Of a stretch of 64,000 bases of DNA, positions 9,737 through 20,400 are shown piece by piece. Below the pieces are notes generated by a model. That model ran no database searches, was not told the DNA's origin, and saw nothing but the letters and a program-made list of their open reading frames with translations. The stretch spans positions 1 to 64,000 of IMG/VR virus record IMGVR_UViG_3300035670_012130; one strand, given 5' to 3'. The translations under genes were made by a program, and so were the position numbers. The DNA is from a virus. Within the stretch, counting starts at the first letter, position 1, and each line of letters starts with the position of its first letter.

Positions 9737-10825
9737 ATGGCAGATAGAATTTTCCCAAACAGATTTCAAGAAGATCCTCTTGATTCTGACTTGGTTTTCC
9801 AAGGAATTGACTGGGACAACTTTAACCAAAGATTAGCCGAGGCAAAAGAGCCAAAAGAGAACAAGGGTCTCAAAGCTCTTATTGATGCTATTGGTGATGA
9901 AGAAGTTGACAGATTGCAAGGCGAAGATCATGAAGATCATGAAGCTGCAATGGACCACAAGGCTGGTTGGAGCAAAGAAGCTAAGAAAGGTCTTCCAGAA
10001 GGTTTGAAAAAGTGGATGGAAGAAAACGGCAAGGGCAAGACAGCAGAATCTGATGATGAAGATTCTGAAAAGTGCCCAGATTGCGATTGTGATCCTTGCG
10101 AATGTGACGAAAAAGATAAAGGTCCTATGAAGAGAAAAGGCCCTAAGTCTAAGTCTGAAAAGAAAGCATTCCATTTCAATCATGCATCACAATTGTCTGC
10201 TGAAGCAGTAGAAGCTGCAATCGCTGCTGGCGATGAAGATCTCAAGGATGCTATTCTTGCTGCTCGCCATGAAAGAAGAGTAAGATTGGCTGGCAAGATT
10301 GAGCGCCAAGTTCAAGCACAACAAGAAACCAATTTAAAGCTTGCACAAAGAAGAGCTTACAGAGAAGCATTGGTTCAAAAAGTTGCTGCAAAGATGGAAG
10401 ATGATAAAGAAGCATCTATGGACAAAACTTGCGAAAAATGTGGCGAGAAGTATGCTGGCAAGGATTGCGAAGCATGTGGATATGCATCATCTGATTCAGA
10501 AATGAAAGAAGCTAAAGCATTCTCATCTGCTGCAAGACAAGCATTTGCTGCTAAGGCAATTGCAGAAGGTTTCCCAGTTGAATATGTAAATGCTAGATTA
10601 GGTGAAACATCAGCTCCTGCAGTTGACAAATTGTCCGATATCAAAAATGTTCTTGCTTCTGATCTTGAAACCAATGTAAAGGTTGCTGCAGCTTCTTCGA
10701 TGATCAAAGTTGCAACACTTTCAGACGCAGACTATTCCAGAATTATTGATTACTGGAAGAACGAACTCGGTTATGGTGATCAAGAGTGGATTGATGCACT
10801 CTTCACTAAGAAATACGACAAGTAA
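9737..10825 (+). CDS. Hypothetical Ala/Lys/Glu-rich head protein with Cys clusters
   Basis: 362 aa; GAGGAG RBS; CPDCDCDPCEC and CEKC..CEAC; several KVA/KEA motifs. Confidence 0.75.
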   Translation: MADRIFPNRFQEDPLDSDLVFQGIDWDNFNQRLAEAKEPKENKGLKALIDAIGDEEVDRLQGEDHEDHEAAMDHKAGWSKEAKKGLPEGLKKWMEENGKGKTAESDDEDSEKCPDCDCDPCECDEKDKGPMKRKGPKSKSEKKAFHFNHASQLSAEAVEAAIAAGDEDLKDAILAARHERRVRLAGKIERQVQAQQETNLKLAQRRAYREALVQKVAAKMEDDKEASMDKTCEKCGEKYAGKDCEACGYASSDSEMKEAKAFSSAARQAFAAKAIAEGFPVEYVNARLGETSAPAVDKLSDIKNVLASDLETNVKVAAASSMIKVATLSDADYSRIIDYWKNELGYGDQEWIDALFTKKYDK

Positions 10826-10837
10826 TAATTACACTCC

Positions 10838-10879
10838 TCAAGATGATGGTCCCAGGGCTCTGCCCTGGGACATTCTTGA
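10838..10879 (+). other. Strong intergenic hairpin without a U-tract
   Basis: gtcccagggc-tct-gccctgggac core extended by tcaaga/tcttga. Confidence 0.65.
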
Positions 10880-10903
10880 AAAGTAAGAGCAGGAAATACA
10901 AAC

Positions 10904-11719
10904 ATGAGCAGATTTAGAAAAGTATCAGAAATCGAAAACATTCCATCATTTTTGGAAAAGAGATTTATTGGCGCTCAAGTTGAAGTTGAAGAAGATCCAT
11001 ACGCTGAGTTAAAGAGAAATTCAACTGCAAATAGACAATCAATTTCTAAACAAAATATTGGTTTTACAAAAGAAGCTAACACAATCAACAAATCTTGGGA
11101 AAAGATTCAAGGTGCATCTACTTATCAAGATCTAAGAGACACCACAATTGAAGATAGAATTCTTTCACAAGATTTTGGTGCTATTAGAAGAGCTGGTTCA
11201 CAATTTGATCAAGGTGAAAATGCAAGAACAACTACAAGTGGATTAAAAGCATTTTCGGCAGATGAATATATGAATGCTATGCTTTCAAGGTCAGCATCTA
11301 TTTTCAACCCAGATATGATTGCAATTTCAGAAGAATTCTTAAATTCACAATCTTCAACTAGTGAACAATCAATTATTGAAAATCAAAGAGCAAGAGAAGC
11401 TAAAGCATCTCGTCATAAAGCTTGGGAAGAAAGCCAAATCAATAACTTGAGACAATCTTCAGTTGTTTCATCAAGAGCACATTCTATCTTAAGAACATCT
11501 TCAGACAATGAATTCAATTCAACATTTGGAATGATTGATCCATCTGCTCTGGACAATCGTGAGTCAATGAGAATTGCTAATCAAGAGAAGATTAGAAACG
11601 AAAGAATGGCAATCAAGAAAAATATACAAAGTGATATGAACAACAAAGCTCAATCAAGAGCAAAAACTATTAATGAAATTTATAATAGTATTGACATAAA
11701 CTTTGATGATATTGATTAA
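10904..11719 (+). CDS. Hypothetical head-module protein
   Basis: 271 aa; AGGA RBS; helical composition. Confidence 0.7.
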   Translation: MSRFRKVSEIENIPSFLEKRFIGAQVEVEEDPYAELKRNSTANRQSISKQNIGFTKEANTINKSWEKIQGASTYQDLRDTTIEDRILSQDFGAIRRAGSQFDQGENARTTTSGLKAFSADEYMNAMLSRSASIFNPDMIAISEEFLNSQSSTSEQSIIENQRAREAKASRHKAWEESQINNLRQSSVVSSRAHSILRTSSDNEFNSTFGMIDPSALDNRESMRIANQEKIRNERMAIKKNIQSDMNNKAQSRAKTINEIYNSIDINFDDID

Positions 11720-12705
11720 TGGATAAACTGTCTCAAATTCAACCGCCTTTAGCCTCGAATCCTGCCAATGGAATAAATAATATTCCATTAAACGGTGAGA
11801 ATGTTGAAGGTGTTACTAAAAACGAAATGAGGCAGTTGATGAATAAAATTAAATCTGCTAGTGAAAACTTTGCTGAATTTTCAAATGAAGTAACGTTGAT
11901 AGCAGACAGAGTGCAAGATAATAACTTGAGACATCAACTATATAAATTATCTAAAGCACTTATTATGTCCAATGACAATAGAACCAGAACAAAAGATCCA
12001 ATTACTCAAGAATTAGATCCAAGCTATATAGATATAGCAAATAAGATTGAACAAACTTATTTATCCGAGGCTAAGAACGTGTACAACAATTCCAAAACAG
12101 CACAGGTCAAAAAGAAAAAGAAAACTAGAGGCAATCCATTCCGTGTTTTAATGGGTAAAGTGGGTAAATTGCTTGATCACGGTGTCGAAAAAAACGATAT
12201 TGTAAGATACATTTCAAAGCTCAAGTATTGGAATAAAGAAACAATTGAACGTGCTGTTGATATTGTTAAAGAATATAACAAAAAATTAGAGCAAGGCAAA
12301 AATAAAGACGAAAAACCAGAAAAAAAAGCAAATGTTGTTGATCTAGATAAATTGGTAAAAAAAGATCAAGAAGTAAAAGAAGAAAAAGAAGATCTTAAGA
12401 AAACTGTTAAAAAAATCAATGACACAGGCGAAGTTGATGAAGCCAAAAAAGATGCCAAAGTCAAAACTGCTGCCTTGAATTACGATTCAAAACCAAACTT
12501 TGAAAAAAGATCTACCGCCGAATTAATTATGAGAGCTTGTTTCCTTATGGATTTACAAGATTATTCTAAAACAACTAAGCAAGGTGATTTTAAAGATGCT
12601 GCTGATAAGAAAGGCGTTAGCGAAGAATTAAAGCAAATTAGAGCAGCTCTTGCCGATAGAGGTTTTGATAAAGAAGAATTATCAAATTTAGGATTGGGTA
12701 AATAA
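11719..12705 (+). CDS. Hypothetical head-module protein (Lys-rich)
   Basis: 328 aa; translationally coupled; KSAS, KTAQ, KTAA motifs; possible internal GTG start at 12079. Confidence 0.7.
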   Translation: MDKLSQIQPPLASNPANGINNIPLNGENVEGVTKNEMRQLMNKIKSASENFAEFSNEVTLIADRVQDNNLRHQLYKLSKALIMSNDNRTRTKDPITQELDPSYIDIANKIEQTYLSEAKNVYNNSKTAQVKKKKKTRGNPFRVLMGKVGKLLDHGVEKNDIVRYISKLKYWNKETIERAVDIVKEYNKKLEQGKNKDEKPEKKANVVDLDKLVKKDQEVKEEKEDLKKTVKKINDTGEVDEAKKDAKVKTAALNYDSKPNFEKRSTAELIMRACFLMDLQDYSKTTKQGDFKDAADKKGVSEELKQIRAALADRGFDKEELSNLGLGK

Positions 12706-12707
12706 TT

Positions 12708-14369
12708 ATGGATAAAGGATATAAAATCAAAGCAACATACGAGACTCACGATCCTAATAAAATTCAAGAGATTATGGACAAAAAACCATTGATTGGCGGT
12801 ACAGGATTACTCAGCATGCTTCAAGATACCCTTTCTGGACTTGGAGATGGTGATTCTATGCCAATGTCTTCTCCTTTTCACGTTTTAGATATGAATGATT
12901 TTGGTGATGATCCAGTAATTTCAGCATTTAGAAATATGGGTGGCCCTGAACATATTGTCAAAGTTGTCGCTCTCCCTGAAAAAGAAGCACATCATCATTT
13001 ACATCACGCTTTTAGTAAACTCAATAATATCAAATTAGCAGAAGAAAGAAATACTCTTCGTTATGCCTATATGGCTTTACAAAACTTTTTAAATAAAGAT
13101 AATGAAGCAGCCAGATTAGAAAGAGTTGCATATAAAACTACAGATAAATCTGCTGGATATTGGCAAATTGAAGCCATCAATACTTTAGACAAGCTTGCAA
13201 AATTTACATCAACTTCATTGAGAATTGCCAAACTTGAAAAAGCTAGAAATGTTGTGTTGTCAGGTGATAAATTGCAAACAACCAAAGTTGCAAATTATTT
13301 ACACAACTGGTATTCAGAAGTTACACCAAAAGAAAACAGAAGAGTAGCATATACATCTTTATTTACTCAGGCAAATGAACCATTTTTACTTTGCCCTAAA
13401 GGTAAATTCCAAGGTTATAAAGCTCCAATTCCTATGGAAATTTCTAAGTGTCGTGAAAATTGTATTGACTCAAGAATTGATAAAGAAGGTCATGTCACTT
13501 GTGCATATCAAGATTGGCTCAAAGTAGCATTCCAATCTCATGATGAAGTTATGGCAAGATTAGATGTTCATAAGCATCCAGACAATGAAGCTAATGCCCT
13601 TGAACTCAAAGAAGGTGAAAGATCCAAAAAACTTACAGAAGGTGAAATTGGATTTGAAGCTAGATTTGATAATTCAGACAGAGGCGCAAATAAAATCAGA
13701 GGCAAACAAAATGTCGATGATTCTAGAGAAAAACAATTGTCCGATGCAAAACAATCTGCTTACGGTCATCAACAAGGCGATAAGCCAGTTATGCGCCCAA
13801 AACAAGCTCAAACTGACTCAAATAAAACAATAGATTCTCAATTACCAAGAAAAGATCAAAAGGGCACTGATTATCTTGAAATGCTTTTGAGAAGATTGAA
13901 CAATAAAGAATCTGAAACAGAAGAGACAAGAGAAGAACAGCTTGACTCTGATGGTCTTTACACTCATCGTGGCGAAATGGAAGAATCTTACGCTGATCAA
14001 TTAAACGTTGATGCCAAAAATCCCATCAATTACAGAGATGAATTGAACAAGGATAAAGATGAGCCAAAAGATTCAATTATTCATCAATTAGATAAAAACA
14101 TCACTGCTTCTAAAAAAGAAATGAATCAAGAACAAATCCTTTCTGAAACTAGAAAGAAAAATGTTGTTGATGTTTCTAGAGATGAACAATTAGAAGACAG
14201 AAGACATAATTCTAAAATCACAAAAAACATCGAAGCTCTTCTAGATGAAGATGATGAAGATAGCTTTGGACATCAATTTTCAGAAGAAGATCTCAAGAGA
14301 TTTGCTGAAGAACTCGGATTAGATTATGTAATGGAATCTAAAAGAGAAGAATACGACGATGTGGTATAA
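12708..14369 (+). CDS. Hypothetical head protein with Cys cluster and E-x-Q-L repeats
   Basis: 553 aa; CPKG..C..C..C; C-terminal half has SREKQL, TIDSQL, TREEQL, SYADQL, SIIHQL, SRDEQL. Confidence 0.75.
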   Translation: MDKGYKIKATYETHDPNKIQEIMDKKPLIGGTGLLSMLQDTLSGLGDGDSMPMSSPFHVLDMNDFGDDPVISAFRNMGGPEHIVKVVALPEKEAHHHLHHAFSKLNNIKLAEERNTLRYAYMALQNFLNKDNEAARLERVAYKTTDKSAGYWQIEAINTLDKLAKFTSTSLRIAKLEKARNVVLSGDKLQTTKVANYLHNWYSEVTPKENRRVAYTSLFTQANEPFLLCPKGKFQGYKAPIPMEISKCRENCIDSRIDKEGHVTCAYQDWLKVAFQSHDEVMARLDVHKHPDNEANALELKEGERSKKLTEGEIGFEARFDNSDRGANKIRGKQNVDDSREKQLSDAKQSAYGHQQGDKPVMRPKQAQTDSNKTIDSQLPRKDQKGTDYLEMLLRRLNNKESETEETREEQLDSDGLYTHRGEMEESYADQLNVDAKNPINYRDELNKDKDEPKDSIIHQLDKNITASKKEMNQEQILSETRKKNVVDVSRDEQLEDRRHNSKITKNIEALLDEDDEDSFGHQFSEEDLKRFAEELGLDYVMESKREEYDDVV

Positions 14370-14892
14370 GCAAGTTTTAGCCCAAGTTGGCGGTGGTGTA
14401 AATTTTACAGGAACAGATAATATTGATTCTGAAAATACTTTTGAAATTGACAAAATCAAAGATGTAGATGATAAGCCAGTAGGACTTTATGATGAGCTTG
14501 CTGGCATATTGGAAAAAATGGGCAAAACACTTGATGAATATTATAATATGAATCAAGAACAACAAAAAGAAGTTTGGGATCTTTTAGTCAATCGCCCACA
14601 TAGAATGAATATGGACAACAATGGTCAATTTATTGTTTCTCCTCAATCTGCATCTATTGAAGCACGTAGACATTCTCCGTATCATGATAGCCCTGAAGAA
14701 ACTTCTATGGAAAATCAATTAGAAGGATCTAGACAGCAAAATAATAACAGAGATCCTCAAAGTATGTCTTCCATAGAAAAAGGTAACAGTTTTCAGCATT
14801 TCAACAATGGCGAGGGTTATTATCAAGCAATTAAGGGCAAACAAGATCCAATTCTTTTTGGGAATAAACCTTCTAATCAAACTTGGTATTAA
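14359..14892 (+). CDS. Hypothetical head-module protein
   Basis: 177 aa; MWYKQVLAQ N-terminus; SMENQL motif. Confidence 0.65.
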   Translation: MWYKQVLAQVGGGVNFTGTDNIDSENTFEIDKIKDVDDKPVGLYDELAGILEKMGKTLDEYYNMNQEQQKEVWDLLVNRPHRMNMDNNGQFIVSPQSASIEARRHSPYHDSPEETSMENQLEGSRQQNNNRDPQSMSSIEKGNSFQHFNNGEGYYQAIKGKQDPILFGNKPSNQTWY

Positions 14893-14917
14893 TTTTTAGA
14901 ACGGTATAATATATGTT

Positions 14918-17290
14918 ATGGCAAATAGAACATCATTGGCTTCTGCTATCAGAACAGCAGCAACACAAGTATCAGGAGCAACAACCCCAACATCAACTGT
15001 AGACAAAAATTATGCTAGTAGCAGAATTGGTCTTGGCTTAGGACCCAGTGTTACAAGAACTGCAAGCATAAACACGGTAACTACATCACCAAATTTCTAT
15101 TCGCCTTTCTTAACTCCATCATCTTTTCAGATCCCAAATGCTCGTCGTGAAGTTTATCTTTGGGCAAACTGGTGGAGAAATAACGAGCCGAAAATTGCTG
15201 CAGCCATCAATTTCTATACTAATTATCCTTTCTCTGGTTGGAAATTAGAATGTTCTTCATCTTATGTCAAAGATTATTTTGAAAAGTTAGTAGAATCACT
15301 TAATTTTCAAAAGTGGCTTCCAGAGATTTCCAAAACTTATCATTTATTGGGCGACTCTTTTGTATTACTTTCACTTGATTGTCCTCATTGTCACGGTTCA
15401 AACTGGGATAACGACAAAAATCAAGAATGTGAGCATGATGGCGCCACATGGAAATCCATTTCAATTTTAAATCCAGATTCTGTGATTAAGAGTCCAGGAA
15501 TGATTGATCAGCCTGGTAGTTATGCTTATAGACCATCTGCAGAAGAAATCAGAATTGTCAACGAAAGACATCCAAAAGAAATCTACGACAAAATACCTGA
15601 TGATATTAAAAAAATGATTATGCAAGGTAATCCTATAAAGCTTAATCCAATTTCTATTCATCATTTTAAATATGGATCAAACCCATGGGAAGATTATGGA
15701 ATTTCTATGATCAGACCATTGTTCCCAATTTTGACCTATAAAGATAAATTACGCCAAGCTCAATATATGATTGCCGAACGTCTCATCTTGCCAATCAAGG
15801 TTGTAAAAATTGGTAGTGATACAAGACCGGCATCTCAAGAAGATATTGATAATGTCCAGGATGAATTAGCATCTATTGCAAATGACCCTAACTTGACTCT
15901 TGTTACTCACCACAACTTTGATCTCGAATGGTATGGAGCAACAGGTAAAATACACCCTCTTACTGGTGAGTTCGAATTAATTGAACAAGAAATTTTAGAT
16001 GGTGTAATGTTAAATAAAGCTCTTTTAAATGGCGAAGGTCCAACTTACGGAAACGCTCAAGTTGGTCTTCTTGCTATGGCTCAAAGATTGGAAACATTTA
16101 GAAGAGAAGTTGCACACTGGATTGAACAAAATGTTTTTATGCCAGTAGCTAAATGGAATGGCTTTGTAATTGAAGGTGAAAGAGGACAGGACGAATTAGT
16201 TTATCCTAAAATTAAATTCGATGATCTTCAATTGCGTGATGATACTGGTAAGTTGCAAATGCTTGTTACTGCAAATCAAAACGGTGTTATTTCTAATGTT
16301 TCTCTTATCGAAGCCTTTGGCTTAGATTCTGATCAAGAAATTGAAAGATTAAGATTCGAACAAGGTGCAAACTTTGTTAACGATCAATCTTTTGGCACCC
16401 CTAACATTTCTTTAAGTTTTCAAAGCGGAGGAGTTACAGGACAAGGTTTTGGAGCTGGATCTCCTGATGCAACTGGTGGTATGGGTGCTCCTCCTCCAGC
16501 AGATTTAGCAGTCGGTGGTGCTGCCACACCTCCTGCCGGTGGAGCAATTCCTCCAGCTCCAGCCCCTGGCGCAGCAGCCCCTACTGCTTCAGTTATGACA
16601 AAAAACTATAAATTAGCAAGCTCTGTCATAAATGAAATTTACGATGAAAGAATCAATGCTAAGAATTCTAGTGTTAGAACCGCAAGTAAAAGAATAAAGT
16701 CTGCAGCTCATGAAGGATTCTTAATGTCATTGACTCCAGTTACAGGAAGAGGCTCGCTTGGTCCACTACCTAGTGAATACGATGGTTTGTTTGGTTCATT
16801 ACAAATGCCTCTTTGTGGTGGAGATAATTCTCATCCACTAAACAATTATGCATTAGAAGAATTTTATCATTATGCAAATAATGAGAATGAATCTATCAAG
16901 AGATATGCCAAAAAGAAAATAGATGTCACTCAACAGCCAAAAATGTTTACTAGTTTAGAGAAAAAACTTTATGGTTTGACTATGTCGTTAAATATGCCAT
17001 TTCCACTTTATGCACAATATTCAGCTGGACCAACGATGGATTATCAATTAGATGCTGCTATTCCTAACCTTAAGATAGGAATTGAAGCTGATGGTGAAAT
17101 TTGGCATAACAACCCTGACAAAATAGCAAAAGATAAGCGAAGAGATTCAGAATTAGCTGCAAATGGATGGATTATTATCAGATTTACTGACAAAGAAATT
17201 AATGATCACCCTCAAGATTGTTTAAATGTTTTGATAAAAGCTATCAAAAAGCGAACAGGTATGGGTGATGGAAATTCGGAATATCTATAA
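14918..17290 (+). CDS. Portal protein with C-terminal DUF559 (PD-(D/E)xK-like) endonuclease domain
   Basis: Position between terminase and protease; portal-like IHHFKY..PWEDYGISMIRPLF and PIKVVKIG; C-terminal YQLDAAIPNLKIGIEADGEIWH...DKRRDSELAANGWIIIRF. Confidence 0.8.
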   Translation: MANRTSLASAIRTAATQVSGATTPTSTVDKNYASSRIGLGLGPSVTRTASINTVTTSPNFYSPFLTPSSFQIPNARREVYLWANWWRNNEPKIAAAINFYTNYPFSGWKLECSSSYVKDYFEKLVESLNFQKWLPEISKTYHLLGDSFVLLSLDCPHCHGSNWDNDKNQECEHDGATWKSISILNPDSVIKSPGMIDQPGSYAYRPSAEEIRIVNERHPKEIYDKIPDDIKKMIMQGNPIKLNPISIHHFKYGSNPWEDYGISMIRPLFPILTYKDKLRQAQYMIAERLILPIKVVKIGSDTRPASQEDIDNVQDELASIANDPNLTLVTHHNFDLEWYGATGKIHPLTGEFELIEQEILDGVMLNKALLNGEGPTYGNAQVGLLAMAQRLETFRREVAHWIEQNVFMPVAKWNGFVIEGERGQDELVYPKIKFDDLQLRDDTGKLQMLVTANQNGVISNVSLIEAFGLDSDQEIERLRFEQGANFVNDQSFGTPNISLSFQSGGVTGQGFGAGSPDATGGMGAPPPADLAVGGAATPPAGGAIPPAPAPGAAAPTASVMTKNYKLASSVINEIYDERINAKNSSVRTASKRIKSAAHEGFLMSLTPVTGRGSLGPLPSEYDGLFGSLQMPLCGGDNSHPLNNYALEEFYHYANNENESIKRYAKKKIDVTQQPKMFTSLEKKLYGLTMSLNMPFPLYAQYSAGPTMDYQLDAAIPNLKIGIEADGEIWHNNPDKIAKDKRRDSELAANGWIIIRFTDKEINDHPQDCLNVLIKAIKKRTGMGDGNSEYL

Positions 17291-17317
17291 TTGAATAATA
17301 GTTTGTCACTGTACAAT

Positions 17318-17348
17318 AAACCCGTCGATTTCGACGGGTTTAAATTTT
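17318..17348 (+). terminator. Intrinsic terminator
   Basis: aaacccgtcg-attt-cgacgggttt followed by aaatttt. Confidence 0.75.
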
Positions 17349-17350
17349 AC

Positions 17351-17376
17351 AGGTTTTAATATGTTAAAAATAGAAC
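17351..17376 (+). promoter_or_regulatory. Putative late promoter AGGT-N17-AGAAC
   Basis: Recurring spaced motif right after a terminator, upstream of the protease gene. Confidence 0.65.
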
Positions 17377-17415
17377 AAATCCTATTGATAACTTTATTTT
17401 TTAAGGATTGAAAAT

Positions 17416-20400
17416 ATGTACAAGGTTGCAAAAGGAGGAGCTATTACAATAAATAGTTTCCTCAACGAAAATGACCGAAATATAGCTAGAGATTATATTA
17501 TTAAGACTGCTTCATCAAATATGAGAGAAGCTGCAAAAATCGGTCTTCAATCTCTCTACGCTGATCCAAAAGAAGTCCTAGAAAAATACAAAGATTTCGA
17601 CATTGTTAAAGAAATGCAGGCTCGTAAAGGTGCAAAACTTTTATGGGTTAGAGCCAGAGCAATTGATGCTGACGTGGTTAATGCTAATGGTGACCTTTTC
17701 TCTAAAGAAGAATTACTTAAAGAAGTTGAAATTAAAGGCAAAAAAATCCCATCTTATAAAACATTTGAAGGTGTGCCAATTTATACAAACCACAAAAATG
17801 ATGATATTGAACAAGCAAAAGGAATGGTTGTATATGCTGAATGGGATGAAGAAGAAGACTGTGTTTATTGTACTTTCTTTGTAGATGAAGAGGCTTATCC
17901 AGATATTGCAAGAAATATTCGCACTGGTGTTATCCACGATGTTTCAATGGGCGCTAGTGTTGAATGGGGTGTTTGTTCAGTCTGTGGAAATAAAGCATAT
18001 ACCGAAAGAGATTATTGTGATCACCTCAAGAGATATAAAGGAAAAATTTACCCTGAATCTGGCAAAAAAGCATACGAAAAGAACTACGGTGTAAAGTTTA
18101 TTGAATTGAGCTGTGTGGGCGATGGTGCTTTTGAATCTTGCGAAATCCAAGAAATCTATGATGTAGACGATGTTCTTGATGCTGCAATGAATTTAGAAAA
18201 GAAAGCTAATGAAATTTCAGCTAATATAGTTTTAGCATTACAAGGATCTCCTCAAGAATCTTCATCTAGAACAGAATACGAAAATTGTCTAAGAGTAGCA
18301 AATTCTACAGCAAAAACTGCAGTAAGATTAGCACAACAAGCTGGTACTCTTGTAGGTGGTCCATTATTAGCTGGGGCTGGGGCAAATCAAAATTCAACTG
18401 TTCAAGCCGTTTTGACAGCACTTGGTATAGACCCTGCCTCTGGATTAAATATACTAGACTTGATTAATTTATCATTGAACTTCTTGGAAGTTGCAGTGAT
18501 GAATATGTTTGCAAGAAAAGACAATGTTGACTTAGGGCACGTAGGTAAAGTCACCAAATCAATGGCTGAACTCCAATCTACTATGCAAGATATGATCGAT
18601 GATGGAATTGATGTTGGTTCTGGACAAAGACCTCAACAAATCAATCAACCTCAAAATATGCAACAAGGACAAGCACCACAAGCTTCTCCAATGAATGCCA
18701 ATATTGGTTTGGCAAATTATGCGCCTACCGAATCTGTTGGAAAAATAATGGATCTTACTTATTCTGGAGATCAAGGCAGCCAAGTTGGAGGCGGTGTTGC
18801 ATTAGCCTCCAGCGTTCATAATTTGGTATGGGCTTCAAGAGATGGTAAAAGAGAAGTTTTTGCTAGTGCTCAAAACGGTTCATCTTCCAATAAAATTCTG
18901 AATTTGACACAAAGTATTTTAAATTTAAAAGAAAATTTAAATAATAGTACACAAATTCAAAAAAGTATTGATAATGTCATTAGAATTGCTAATGAAAGAA
19001 GCAAAAATATAAAAACAAATACGCCTTTCGTGGCGGGGAGCAGAAATCAAATGGATCACTTTGCAAAGATTGCATCAGAGCAAAGAAAAAAACTTGCTGC
19101 TGCAGTTACAATCGATTTTAAAGTCGAAGACAATGCAGGTAATAGAGTTGTTCTTTCTACTGATGGTTCAATCACAGGTTACACAAATGGAAAAAGAACT
19201 GCTTGGGAACCTATCCTTAATGAAAACCAACTTGGTTTGATGGAAAATGGACAAGGTACAAGAGTTGCTGCTGAATTGCTTAAAGATTATTCACAATTTG
19301 TCAAGACAGCTTTGCTTGATGTTAAAGAAAGACTTGATGACAGAGAAAAGCAACTTGATGAAGTTAGAAGTGGTGAATCATATGATAATTTACACGAAGG
19401 TGTTAAGTCAAAAAACACTGGGGTTGTCAATGAAGTTCGTGAAAAACAATTAGCACCAAAGCAAACTGGATCAAGCCAAGATGCAGTAACAGAAATTCTT
19501 CTCGGCGACGCTGGGCTTTATGGCAGAAGAGTTAAAGATGAAGAAGTACGTAAATCTTTGACCCAGCTTGTTGATGAAGTTACTCACGGAGTTCCAACTG
19601 AAGTTTTAGAAAAACAATTATCAAACCATCGTGCGGAAGGTTCTGCTAATGCAACTGAAATTATGACAGCAACAATAACTGCATTAGGCAAAGCTGTTAT
19701 CTCTTCATTGGAAACACCAAAGACAATTGTTAGAGTTGCTCAAACTTTAGCCCAAGAACCAATGCTTCCAGAAATGATTGGAACTGCTGCTGCAGGTACT
19801 GAAATGGAAGCAGACAAGGCAGAAAAGACAGACTTCTTTGGCGGAGACGCAACACCAGAAAATTCTGTGTCTGCTGTTCTTAAGCAATTAGGTGCTGCTG
19901 TTACTTCTGAAATTACTGCAAAAGATCTTGCTGATGCTCTTTCAGTTGCAGTTGAAGAAGGTGAAATGACCAAGGAAGGCGTTTCAAGAATTGCCGAACT
20001 TCTCATGGGTCAAGCAAACGTACCTGATGAAGGTTTAGATGTTGAGACTGCCCCTTCAAAGACTGAAGAACTAAAGTCTGCTCTTATGTCAGCTGTAGAT
20101 GCTGATGCTGATCTCATTTCTAAAGATGATCTTAAATCAGCAATTTCTGCTATGGCTATGTCTTCAAAAGAAACTGGAACTACTCCTGATGAAGTAGTTG
20201 ATTCTGTAGATGCTATGCCAGAAAAGCAATTGATGGCTGCTATTGATAGAGCAAAGACAGCTACTGCAACTGATGGAAGATTGAGAGCAAGAGCAAGAAG
20301 AGAATTCTGGGGTGTCAAGACTGCATCCACAAAGAACATTTCTGATAACGTTGTTGGCTGGTTAGCAGATTACTCAACAAACTTTGGAATTAGCACAAGA

